The position numbers and the translations under genes are program-made. From positions 1 to 37,317 of IMG/VR virus record IMGVR_UViG_3300042902_000028: a stretch of DNA of 37,317 nucleotides. One strand, written 5' to 3'. This document shows positions 1 to 8,047 of the stretch, in pieces. The notes under the pieces are model-generated. The model did no database searches. It had not been told where the DNA came from and saw only the letters and a program-made list of their open reading frames with translations. Position 1 is the first letter of the stretch. Each line of letters opens with the position of its first letter. This DNA comes from a virus.

Positions 1-127
1 GCGCATTGAGGGAGATAGGAGATGATAAAGCTAAAGGCACTAATTGATTTAGATCCTATAGTGTATCGAATAGGGTTTGCTTGTCAGGCAAAAGATGAGG
101 ATGGAAATGTAAAAGCAGAACCAATCT
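1..127. repeat. Terminal overlap, copy 1 (identical to 37191-37317); marks closure of a circular or permuted genome
   Basis: Direct comparison: all 127 nt at 1-127 equal 37191-37317. The repeat cuts through the 5' part of the exonuclease ORF. Confidence 0.95.
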
Positions 128-834
128 CACACGCACTACGAAGTGTAAGAGTGTTTGTAGATGGAGTTATAAGAGACACTAAAGCCACTAGTTACGCTGG
201 ATATTTATCGGGTAAAGGTAACTTTAGGACTGTTATTGACCCAGAGTATAAAATGAATAGGGTTGGGTTTGATAAACCTATACACTTCCAAGCTATACGA
301 GAGTTCCTTATCAAGAGGTTTAAGGCGGTACTGGTGAATGGGCAAGAGCCAGATGACATTATATGCTATGAACAAAAGACAGATGGTTCAACTATTATAT
401 GTACAGTGGATAAAGATTTACTTATGAAAGAGGGTAAGCATTATAACTACGTTACTAAACTTTTCAAGGAGGTTACTAAAGAAGATGGAATTAAGTGGTT
501 CTATACACAACTTCTAATGGGGGATTCAACAGACAACATAGCAGGCATTAAGGGTATAGGCAAGGCTAAGGCTATTAAACTGCTTGACAGCGCACCAAGA
601 GAGGATTGGGACAGATTAATACTTGAGCAATATGAAAAGTTCAGGGAGAAGAGCCTAGCTGTGGTAGCAAAACTAACAGAGGATGAGAAACTTCTTAGTA
701 AGAACTATGATTATGTGGCATTTGCTAAGTATCCAGCTTTTCAAAGGATGGTTATGAACGAGCAATTATTATGGATGGTTCAATCTGATTTATTAGCCCC
801 TGTAGACTTCTGGGGAATGTGCAATGGAAACTAA
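22..834 (+). CDS. 5'-3' exonuclease / flap endonuclease (FEN family)
   Basis: 270-aa ORF with a GGAG just upstream of the ATG. Helix-3-turn-helix signature GDSTDNIAGIKGIGKAKAIKLL, typical of 5'-3' exonucleases. Lies in the replication/recombination gene block. Confidence 0.8.
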   Translation: MIKLKALIDLDPIVYRIGFACQAKDEDGNVKAEPISHALRSVRVFVDGVIRDTKATSYAGYLSGKGNFRTVIDPEYKMNRVGFDKPIHFQAIREFLIKRFKAVLVNGQEPDDIICYEQKTDGSTIICTVDKDLLMKEGKHYNYVTKLFKEVTKEDGIKWFYTQLLMGDSTDNIAGIKGIGKAKAIKLLDSAPREDWDRLILEQYEKFREKSLAVVAKLTEDEKLLSKNYDYVAFAKYPAFQRMVMNEQLLWMVQSDLLAPVDFWGMCNGN

Positions 835-1246
835 AGAGTGCGATAGATGTGGTAAACACAAAAGCATTGAAAACTACAGAGTACAGAAGTGCAAAAATAA
901 AGTAGGTGAAGGTTACTCTTATGTATATAAAACATGCAAGTACTGCCAAACAGAGAGGTTTAAAGGCTCATTAACTCAAGAGAGGCGGGATAAGTATGCG
1001 GCAACTAGTAGGGAGAAAAGAAGAGTAAACAAGTTTTGGGCTGTAGAGTATAAAGGCGGGGTATGCGAACACTGCGGTAATGTGTTCCACGTAGCCGCTT
1101 TTGACTTCCATCATATTGACCCTAGTGAAAAAGAAATGGATGTAGGTCTTATGATGACTAGACCTAGAGACTACTTAATAAGAGAGTTAGATAAGTGCAT
1201 ACTGTTATGTGCGAACTGCCATAGGATTCATCATTATGAAATTTAG
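824..1246 (+). CDS. HNH endonuclease (free-standing, homing-type)
   Basis: CxxC pairs (CDRCG, CKYCQ) plus HNH core CEHCG..FHHIDP..CANCHRIHH. Overlaps both neighbours by 11 nt. Confidence 0.8.
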   Translation: METKECDRCGKHKSIENYRVQKCKNKVGEGYSYVYKTCKYCQTERFKGSLTQERRDKYAATSREKRRVNKFWAVEYKGGVCEHCGNVFHVAAFDFHHIDPSEKEMDVGLMMTRPRDYLIRELDKCILLCANCHRIHHYEI

Positions 1247-1631
1247 GTCTAAGTTTGAAGCTAACATCTACCCTACCCTTCCAGAGGGAACAGAGTTTGA
1301 GGGTGATACCCTTATTTATGATAAACGAACAACTAGAAAGATGATATGCCAAGATTGTAGTAGTGTTAGAGTCCTGCAAAAAGCTAAGTACCTGACAGAC
1401 TTCAAGATGCCCAATGGTATATACCTCGAAGCGAAGGGCTATTTTCCACCCGCAGACCGTAGTAAGATGGAATCAGTTATTAAGTGCAATCCAGATTGTG
1501 ACATTAGAATGGTGTTCCAGAAGGATGGTTGGGTAGATAATAAAAAGAAACATCTTAAGTACAGCGAATGGTGTACTAGACGAAACATTAAGTGGTGCGT
1601 AGGTAAAGTGCCAGAGGAGTGGATGGTATGA
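1236..1631 (+). CDS. T7 gp3-like endonuclease I (Holliday junction resolvase)
   Basis: FRSKFE..YLTDFKMPNGIYLEAKGYF..DRSK..DIRMVF..EWM follows the remembered T7 endonuclease I pattern (FRSGLE..YTPDFLLPNGIFVETKG..DRKK..DIRIVF..EWI). I chose the internal ATG at 1236 rather than the 1209 ORF start. Confidence 0.8.
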   Translation: MKFRSKFEANIYPTLPEGTEFEGDTLIYDKRTTRKMICQDCSSVRVLQKAKYLTDFKMPNGIYLEAKGYFPPADRSKMESVIKCNPDCDIRMVFQKDGWVDNKKKHLKYSEWCTRRNIKWCVGKVPEEWMV

Positions 1632-1873
1632 GTGAGTGGATTAGTGTTAATATCAAGCCAGAAGGTAATGAAGAGAGAAAGGTCTTGGTTTGTATTAAGC
1701 AAGATAATTCTGGATGGTGTGGGATGCCGCTAACAGACGATGAGCGGGTATTTAAGGCATGGTGGATTCCTCAGAGAGATTGTTTTGCGTACAAAGATTT
1801 AGAGAACGCAAACCATAAAATAGAGGGATGGATGCCACTACCTGAGCCACCAAAGGATGAATTAAATGAATAA
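1628..1873 (+). CDS. Hypothetical protein (DUF551-like N-terminus, WISV..)
   Basis: ATGA start/stop overlap with the preceding gene. SEWISVNIKPEG resembles the DUF551 opening motif. Weak assignment. Confidence 0.5.
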   Translation: MSEWISVNIKPEGNEERKVLVCIKQDNSGWCGMPLTDDERVFKAWWIPQRDCFAYKDLENANHKIEGWMPLPEPPKDELNE

Positions 1874-2084
1874 GTACGAGTTAGTTAAATTTAAGAATGG
1901 TAAGTTTGGTGTAAGGTTAACTGTAAAGAATTATGTACTGCCTGATACTAAATTATTTATATCTAAAAGGGGCTGTGAATGTCAGGGGAAAGACGTTATG
2001 GATTATTGCACCATGAGTGAAGAAGAAGCTAAAGAGTTGTTAAGGTCTCTTGACCTATTCCCAGAGGAGGTAGTGAATGAATAA
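1866..2084 (+). CDS. Hypothetical protein
   Basis: 72-aa ORF that overlaps both neighbouring ORFs by 8 nt. No motif recognised. Confidence 0.5.
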   Translation: MNKYELVKFKNGKFGVRLTVKNYVLPDTKLFISKRGCECQGKDVMDYCTMSEEEAKELLRSLDLFPEEVVNE

Positions 2085-2379
2085 AGACATTATGTTTTGT
2101 TTCTCTTGTGGAGCAGAAGAACCAGAATACAAAGTAAGTGGCTACCTACGAGAGTGCCAAGAGTGTAAGGCACGTAGTGTAATGACTGTAATGGAAATGA
2201 TAGACCTTATTGGAGACTTAAAATTAAAAGGGCTATTACCTGATTCATATCTAACAGACTATAGTGATGAAGACTTTGGGGCTATGGAGTTAGACTTTGA
2301 TGATGATGCAGAGGATATTAGACAGGCTTTCAAGGATGCAGAGAAGGCGTACCTAGAGGGGTTTTATGATGACAATTAA
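2077..2379 (+). CDS. Hypothetical zinc-ribbon protein with acidic C-terminus
   Basis: CFSCG..CQEC four-Cys pattern, followed by the acidic tail DYSDEDFGAMELDFDDDAED. Confidence 0.5.
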   Translation: MNKDIMFCFSCGAEEPEYKVSGYLRECQECKARSVMTVMEMIDLIGDLKLKGLLPDSYLTDYSDEDFGAMELDFDDDAEDIRQAFKDAEKAYLEGFYDDN

Positions 2380-3139
2380 GATTGCAGTAATTCCAGATTG
2401 TCAAGTAAAAGAAGGTGTACCTATTGACCACCTACTACATATAGGTAAATTCTTAGCAGAGAAGAAACCAGATGTAATTGTATGTATAGGTGACTTTGCT
2501 GATATGCCTAGTCTATCCTTCTATGATAAAGGCAAGAAGTCTTTTGAGAATAGACGGTATAAAGCCGATATAGAAGCTACCAGTGTAGCAATGGCATTAC
2601 TACTAGAGCCTATTAAGAGGGAGGTTAAGAGGCTAAAGAACAACAAGAAGAAGCAATGGAAGCCTAGATTAGTAATGACACTTGGTAATCATGAGCAGCG
2701 TATTGAAAGAGCAGTGGAGAATGATGCTATACTAGAGGGTGTTATTAGCTTAGATGATTTACCTTACGATGATTGGGAAGTTATCCCGTTCTTAGAGGTT
2801 ATTGAGATTGGTGGAGTATCTTTCTCGCATTACTTTACCACAGGGGTTATGTCAAGACCAGCATCTAGTGCGAGGTCATTGATAATGAAGAAGATGACTA
2901 GTTGTGTCATGGGGCATGTCCAGACAATGGATATAGCTTATGCTTACAAGCCTAACGGGGATAGAGTTACAGGTCTTATGGTTGGTACGTGCTATCAACA
3001 CGAAGAGGCTTATATGACACCACAAGGCAATGTACATTGGCGGGGTATGCATATGTTATACGAGGTAGAGAATGGTTGTTTTAGTGACCATGCTATCAGT
3101 TTAGATTATCTTAAAGGGAAATACGGCAATGGGCTTTAA
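2366..3139 (+). CDS. Calcineurin-like metallophosphoesterase
   Basis: Metallophosphoesterase motifs VCIGDFAD (GDxxD) and TLGNHE (GNHE); 257 aa. Confidence 0.75.
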   Translation: MMTIKIAVIPDCQVKEGVPIDHLLHIGKFLAEKKPDVIVCIGDFADMPSLSFYDKGKKSFENRRYKADIEATSVAMALLLEPIKREVKRLKNNKKKQWKPRLVMTLGNHEQRIERAVENDAILEGVISLDDLPYDDWEVIPFLEVIEIGGVSFSHYFTTGVMSRPASSARSLIMKKMTSCVMGHVQTMDIAYAYKPNGDRVTGLMVGTCYQHEEAYMTPQGNVHWRGMHMLYEVENGCFSDHAISLDYLKGKYGNGL

Positions 3140-3443
3140 TCCAACAAAACAAGAAGTAGACGAGCTAAACTGGAATAACAATATGAAAGTACCTCGTGAG
3201 TTTGGAGAATCTAATCCTACCTTTGATTATGATGATTATGTTAAACCTTCAGAGAAACAGGTAGGGGGGAGTCACTACAAAGATTATGCTATACAACCTT
3301 GGGATATTATTGATTGTTACGGCTTAGACTTCTATGAGGGTAATGTCCTTAAGTATCTACTACGTACTAAAGGGGCTAGGGTGGAAGACCTACAGAAAGC
3401 TAAGCACTACTTAGATAAAATTATAGAGGGGTACGAAGCATGA
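3129..3443 (+). CDS. DUF3310-family phage protein
   Basis: GGSHYKDYAIQPWDIIDCYGL..GNVLKYLLRTKG..DLQKAKHYL matches my memory of the DUF3310 signature. Confidence 0.7.
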   Translation: MGFNPTKQEVDELNWNNNMKVPREFGESNPTFDYDDYVKPSEKQVGGSHYKDYAIQPWDIIDCYGLDFYEGNVLKYLLRTKGARVEDLQKAKHYLDKIIEGYEA

Positions 3444-3619
3444 TTGAACAAATAGTAACAAGACAAGAGGTATGGGAAATACAGATATGTGATAATGCTG
3501 TAAACTCATATAGGACTCACCTAACCTTTCATAATGAGGAACAGGCATTAGGTATCTATAAAGATGTTAAGTTTAGGTTGGTTCAGAAGGCTCTTATTGA
3601 AGTGGGAGAACCTAAATGA
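3440..3619 (+). CDS. Hypothetical small protein (59 aa)
   Basis: Hand-translated ORF just below the track cutoff. ATGA overlap with the upstream stop, and its own stop overlaps the next ATG. Confidence 0.45.
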   Translation: MIEQIVTRQEVWEIQICDNAVNSYRTHLTFHNEEQALGIYKDVKFRLVQKALIEVGEPK

Positions 3620-3783
3620 CACAAGACCAAGGCAATGTAATTCTAAAGTTGGATGACTTAAAGAGGTTTGTAGATAACTATGAACGATTCTACTCTGAAG
3701 TAACTAAGATACCAGTATCCTTTGCTAAGGAAAGGGCTGATATAGATAAGATTGTAGAGTATATACTAGAGGATAAAAAATGA
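3616..3783 (+). CDS. Hypothetical small protein (55 aa)
   Basis: Hand-translated. ATGA-type overlaps at both ends. Confidence 0.4.
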   Translation: MTQDQGNVILKLDDLKRFVDNYERFYSEVTKIPVSFAKERADIDKIVEYILEDKK

Positions 3784-3953
3784 ACATAGGATTTGTGGGA
3801 CTAATTCAGCTTTTATTTATAGGGTTAAAGATAACAGATAATATTGATTGGAGTTGGATTGTTGTTTTTACACCACTACTCTTTTCACTTACTGTGGGTT
3901 TAATAGTATTTACTATGTTCATCTACTATGCTAATTCTGGAAATAAAAAATAA
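3780..3953 (+). CDS. Small membrane protein (57 aa, two hydrophobic segments)
   Basis: Hand-translated as MNIGFVGLIQLLFIGLKITDNIDWSWIVVFTPLLFSLTVGLIVFTMFIYYANSGNKK. Start overlaps the upstream stop. Confidence 0.45.
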   Translation: MNIGFVGLIQLLFIGLKITDNIDWSWIVVFTPLLFSLTVGLIVFTMFIYYANSGNKK

Positions 3954-3968
3954 TAAAAAGGATAACTT

Positions 3969-4925
3969 GTGGAATTACCAAGACTATTACAACCAAAAGA
4001 AACCTATACAATTGATTATCCACAAGCTATCGCCTATGCTGAAGTACAGCAGGATATCTTTTGGACAGCAAATGAAATTGATATGGAGAAAGACCTACAC
4101 GGTTTAAAGACAGACCTTACCAAAGCAGAGTATCATGCAGTAACAGAGAGCTTGAAGTTATTTACACTATATGAACTTAAAGTAGGGGACTATTGGCTAG
4201 ACTATATATTTAAAACCTTTAAACGACCTGACATTCAGCGTATGGCTAGTGTGTTTGGGTTCTTTGAGTTAAATGTCCACGCTCCATTCTATAATAAAGT
4301 AAATGAGGTGTTAGGGCTCAACACAGACGAGTTCTACGAATCCTATAAAGAAAACAAAGTGTTGTCTAGTCGTATGGATTGGCTAGATAATGCCTTTGAT
4401 AAAGATACAGCTTGGAACGTAGCGTTAGCAAGTATAGTAGAGGGTGCGATTTTATACAGCAACTTTGCTTTCTTCAAGCACTTCCAAGCTACTGGTAAGA
4501 ATAAGTTGGTAAACTTGTGCGCAGGTATCAACTTTAGTGTACGTGATGAGAACCTCCACAGTGAGGCAGGAGCGTGGTTATTTAAGACACTGGTAGCTGA
4601 GCAAGGGGTAGATAGAAATATCTACTTAGAGAAGCTAACAGAGGCTTGTAACACTGTCTATGAGCATGAGTCTGGTATTATTGACCTACTCTTCAAAGAA
4701 GGTAACATAAAAGGTATTACACCTGAGCAGATGAAGCATTTTGTACAAGCTAGATTAGACTTGTGTATGAACCAATTAGGGTTTGACAAAGTATATAATC
4801 CAAGCTATGACCCTATTAGTAAGTGGTTCTATACCAATATCAATAGTGGTCAATTACATGACTTTTTTCATAAACAGGGTAATAATTATAATCGAAATTG
4901 GGTAGAAGGGAGGTTTAAGTGGTGA
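3969..4925 (+). CDS. nrdB: Ribonucleotide reductase class I beta (small) subunit
   Basis: R2-type motifs VEGAILYSNFAFF and RDENLHSE (ExxH iron ligands). GTG start 6 nt after AAAGGA. Immediately upstream of the alpha subunit. Confidence 0.85.
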   Translation: MELPRLLQPKETYTIDYPQAIAYAEVQQDIFWTANEIDMEKDLHGLKTDLTKAEYHAVTESLKLFTLYELKVGDYWLDYIFKTFKRPDIQRMASVFGFFELNVHAPFYNKVNEVLGLNTDEFYESYKENKVLSSRMDWLDNAFDKDTAWNVALASIVEGAILYSNFAFFKHFQATGKNKLVNLCAGINFSVRDENLHSEAGAWLFKTLVAEQGVDRNIYLEKLTEACNTVYEHESGIIDLLFKEGNIKGITPEQMKHFVQARLDLCMNQLGFDKVYNPSYDPISKWFYTNINSGQLHDFFHKQGNNYNRNWVEGRFKW

Positions 4926-6619
4926 GCAGTATTTATGATGAACTAAGTAAAGAACGTAAAGAGTTACAAACAATAGGTAAACTACCATCTTGGATGACGA
5001 CTCCAGCATGGCAGTTACTAAAGGAGAAATATACAACTGATGAATACCCAGACCTATACTCTATCTACAAACGAATCAGTAGTAGTGCCGCCAGACACAT
5101 GGGTGCGGATAAAGAACACTATGAACGAGTATTCTTCAATCTACTCTGGAGAGGGTGGCTTGCTTGTTCAACCCCCGTCATCGCAAACATGGGAACAACC
5201 AGAGGGTGTCCCGTATCATGTTCAGGTAACTTTGTAGGAGATAGTGTATATGAATTCTATGAGTCTCAAAAAGAGATTGCAGTACTTACAAAGAATGGCT
5301 TTGGAACTAGTTCTTACCTTGGAAACATTAGAGGACGAGGAAGACCTATCAGTAGTGGAGGGACAGCTTCAGGTGTGTTACCAGTCCTCAAAGATTTTAT
5401 CCAATTATCTAGGGACGTATCACAAGGCAATACACGGAGAGGTGCTTGGGCAGGTTATATCGAAATCGAGCATGAAGACTTCTGGGAAATCATTACCCAC
5501 CTCCAAAACAACCCAGACGACTTCAACCTCGGATGGATTATCTCTGACGAATACATCGCCAAGCTCAATTCGGGTGATGGAGAAGCTTTAGAACGATACC
5601 AAAGAGCCTTAAGGGTTAAGATGCTTACTGGTAAAGGTTACTTCTTCTTTACTGATAGAGTACATGAGCAACAACCGCAACTGTATAAAGACCAGAACCT
5701 ACGATGTACAGCTAGTCAGTTATGTACAGAGATTACATTACACAGTGATGAGTTCCATACCTATACGTGTGTATTAAGTAGTATGAACCTTAGCTTGTAT
5801 GATGAATGGAAGGATACAGATGCGGTACAGAATAGTATCATCTTCCTAGATTGTGTAGCTGAAGAGTTTATTCAGATGGGTAAGGGTATTAGAGGCTTAG
5901 AGAAAGCAGTACGCTTCACAGAGAAGTCAAGAGCATTAGGATTAGGTGCATTAGGTTATCATACCTATCTGCAATCTAAGTCTATTCCTTTTGAGTCTTT
6001 TGAGGCGCATCAGCTTAACAAGGATATATTCAAACATATCCGTAAAGAAGCTAACATAGCCACTAAGAAGTTAGCTAAGTTACTTGGTGAACCAGAATGG
6101 TGTAAAGGTTATGGGGTACGAAATACACATCTACTAGCAATAGCTCCAAATACATCAAGTGCCCTAGTGTGTGGTAGTGTATCACAAGGTATCGAACCAG
6201 TGTATAAGAATGCCTTTGTTCAAGGTAGTGCTGGTGGTGAGATTAACCGAGTTAATAGTGAACTGATTAAAGTATTGGAGGCTTATGGACAATATAATGA
6301 TGAGACTATTAGCAGTATCATTAATAATGGGGGTAGCGTTAGCCATTTGGGATATCTTACAGAGTTAGAGAAGGATGTATTTAAGACAGCCTTTGAGATT
6401 AATCAAGAGTCTATTATACGATTAGCGAGTGCAAGACAAAAGTATATCTGTCAAGCACAATCTATTAACCTATTCTTTCCAGCAGATGAGAGTGAAGAAG
6501 TAATTAGTGCTGTACACAAGTTAGCCTTTAATGATAAGTGGATTAAGTCACTGTACTACATTAGAAGCGAAGCAGGGGTTCAGGGTAGTACTGGTGAATG
6601 TGAGGCGTGTGCAGGTTAA
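4919..6619 (+). CDS. nrdA: Ribonucleotide reductase class I alpha (large) subunit, short form with no obvious ATP-cone
   Basis: Active-site LCTEITL (Cys-x-Glu), APNTSSALVCGSVSQGIEP, and a C-terminal CEAC pair. GTG start 7 nt after GGGAGG. At 566 aa, the N-terminus lacks a VxKRDG-like cone. Confidence 0.85.
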   Translation: MVSSIYDELSKERKELQTIGKLPSWMTTPAWQLLKEKYTTDEYPDLYSIYKRISSSAARHMGADKEHYERVFFNLLWRGWLACSTPVIANMGTTRGCPVSCSGNFVGDSVYEFYESQKEIAVLTKNGFGTSSYLGNIRGRGRPISSGGTASGVLPVLKDFIQLSRDVSQGNTRRGAWAGYIEIEHEDFWEIITHLQNNPDDFNLGWIISDEYIAKLNSGDGEALERYQRALRVKMLTGKGYFFFTDRVHEQQPQLYKDQNLRCTASQLCTEITLHSDEFHTYTCVLSSMNLSLYDEWKDTDAVQNSIIFLDCVAEEFIQMGKGIRGLEKAVRFTEKSRALGLGALGYHTYLQSKSIPFESFEAHQLNKDIFKHIRKEANIATKKLAKLLGEPEWCKGYGVRNTHLLAIAPNTSSALVCGSVSQGIEPVYKNAFVQGSAGGEINRVNSELIKVLEAYGQYNDETISSIINNGGSVSHLGYLTELEKDVFKTAFEINQESIIRLASARQKYICQAQSINLFFPADESEEVISAVHKLAFNDKWIKSLYYIRSEAGVQGSTGECEACAG

Positions 6620-6635
6620 AATTTAGACAAAAAGG

Positions 6636-6661
6636 AGCCCCTTCCATTTCTGGTTGGGGCT
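6636..6661. terminator. Bidirectional intrinsic terminator between convergent nrdA and endolysin genes
   Basis: Hairpin AGCCCC-tt-CCA-tttc-TGG-tt-GGGGCT. T-rich tracts follow it on both strands (TTTCTTG on +, CCTTTTTG on -). Confidence 0.65.
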
Positions 6662-6692
6662 TTCTTGTATCTGTTGTGCTAAAAAGACAACA

Positions 6693-7082
6693 CTACAACT
6701 TTCTGATTCTATCAGCTAACCTGTTAGCCCTCTCTGGGGTTTGAACAGCCCACCTACTATCTAGCATCTGTCTAGCCGCTTCTTGATAGTCCCTAGCTCT
6801 CAATGCTAGTATCATCTTCTTGAAGTTGAGAACCCCCCTTACACCCATTTGGTAAGTCATAGCATACAGTACATCCCATACCTCAGCTTGTGCCGAGAAG
6901 TCATGAAGGTTCTTAATCAACTCCTTCTGCATAGATGCTAGTCTATACTCTAAGATTAGAAGCGCCTCATGCTCTGATAGGGGTAGCTTAGTACCATAAC
7001 CAATAGTAGGGAATCCTAGTGTATCATCATAAGGATTACCCTCGAAACCCTCTTCTAACTTTATGTCTTCTATTAAGTTCAC
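6693..7082 (-). CDS. Endolysin, T4-lysozyme-like (GH24)
   Basis: EEGFEGNPYDDTLGFPTIGYGT reproduces the T4L catalytic Glu-x8-Asp-x5-Thr arrangement. 129 aa, directly downstream of the holin. Confidence 0.9.
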   Translation of the reverse strand: MNLIEDIKLEEGFEGNPYDDTLGFPTIGYGTKLPLSEHEALLILEYRLASMQKELIKNLHDFSAQAEVWDVLYAMTYQMGVRGVLNFKKMILALRARDYQEAARQMLDSRWAVQTPERANRLADRIRKL

Positions 7083-7471
7083 TTTGAACCTCCTTTATAT
7101 GCCCCTACAGTCTTCTCTAAGCTCCTTCCTACCACGTACCCTCCCAACCCTATCTTAATGAGTTCCCAGAGGTCTGGTGGAAGCTCTAAGACGGGTGCTG
7201 AGTGCCAGAATAAAGATAGGTAAGGATATATGATATAATTGTTAGCTACAATAGCCACAAATGTTAACATAGTAATAGGTCGCCAAGCGGCTACTATCCA
7301 GTGGTCACTCTTAGACTCTGCCACAATAACATTCATAGCTGACTCTAACTCCTTCAACCCACCCTCTTGTTGAAGTTGTATTAGCTTAAGATTAGCCTCC
7401 AGCTTAGCTTGTGGGTCTGGTATCAGCTTATCTATGATGCTTGTGATTGGTGCTATTAATGCTCCAAACAT
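7079..7471 (-). CDS. Holin (3-TM, GTA-holin-like family)
   Basis: N-terminus MFGALIAPITSIIDKLIPDPQAKLEANLKL resembles the Pfam holin-of-3TMs family. Hydrophobic segments follow. 4-nt overlap with the endolysin gene. Confidence 0.7.
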   Translation of the reverse strand: MFGALIAPITSIIDKLIPDPQAKLEANLKLIQLQQEGGLKELESAMNVIVAESKSDHWIVAAWRPITMLTFVAIVANNYIIYPYLSLFWHSAPVLELPPDLWELIKIGLGGYVVGRSLEKTVGAYKGGSK

Positions 7472-7486
7472 AATTATATTCTCCTA

Positions 7487-7515
7487 TTGACTTTTACTTA
7501 AAAGTATGATATAAT
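7487..7515 (+). promoter_or_regulatory. Near-consensus sigma70 promoter pointing antisense into the late operon
   Basis: TTGACT (7487-7492), a 17-nt spacer ending in TGa, then TATAAT (7510-7515). All flanking genes are on the - strand. Confidence 0.55.
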
Positions 7516-7528
7516 ATTAAAACTTTAG

Positions 7529-8047
7529 TTAGGAAGTAAAGAATAATAATAATAATAACCCTAACAAAACAACATCTTGAATTAAACCGTAATAATGTTC
7601 AGCTAATTCCCAAGCTCTACTATCTCCTAGCTTCTTAGTAGCTATTATCACAGACAAAGGAAACCCTATTGCCAATATTAGTATGCCAAAACATACATAA
7701 ATTGGGTTAATGTATAACATAAGAGACATTAGTGTTAAGAACCACCAATAGAAACCTCTAATCCCTAAGGCGAGTACATTGTACTTATACTCACCCTCGT
7801 TATAGAATTTAGATGTTATCCATCTGATACCATTAGTACTACCCTCACCTTCAATAATAACCTTTCTGGTCATTATCCCTCCTATCCACTGACCCCATCC
7901 CATAGACTCACCAGCTAAATAACCTACTGCTACTGCTATACCAATATAGTAGTCATTTGTGGCTAATCCAAAGATAATGCCCAATATAATGGCTATAATC
8001 TTAGCCCACCAAGAATGTGTTCCTCTTAATCTATTAAGCCAGTACAT
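7529..8047 (-). CDS. Multi-pass membrane protein, unknown function
   Basis: 172 aa with about five hydrophobic helices. Lies between the esterase and the holin. No motif recognised. Confidence 0.55.
   Translation of the reverse strand: MYWLNRLRGTHSWWAKIIAIILGIIFGLATNDYYIGIAVAVGYLAGESMGWGQWIGGIMTRKVIIEGEGSTNGIRWITSKFYNEGEYKYNVLALGIRGFYWWFLTLMSLMLYINPIYVCFGILILAIGFPLSVIIATKKLGDSRAWELAEHYYGLIQDVVLLGLLLLLFFTS

Noticed and set aside
440-467. TTGAAA-N16-TATAAT on the - strand inside the exonuclease gene
   Set aside because: It is a reasonable hexamer match. However, it lacks the TGn extended -10 shared by the convincing promoters, lies inside a coding region, and has no downstream target. A chance match in AT-rich DNA is plausible.
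5040-5591. Two + strand ORFs (65 and 115 aa) nested in an alternative frame inside nrdA
   Set aside because: They lie entirely within a confidently assigned RNR alpha-subunit gene. The translations are low-complexity Ser/Thr/Leu-rich, with no RBS. They look like typical shadow ORFs.
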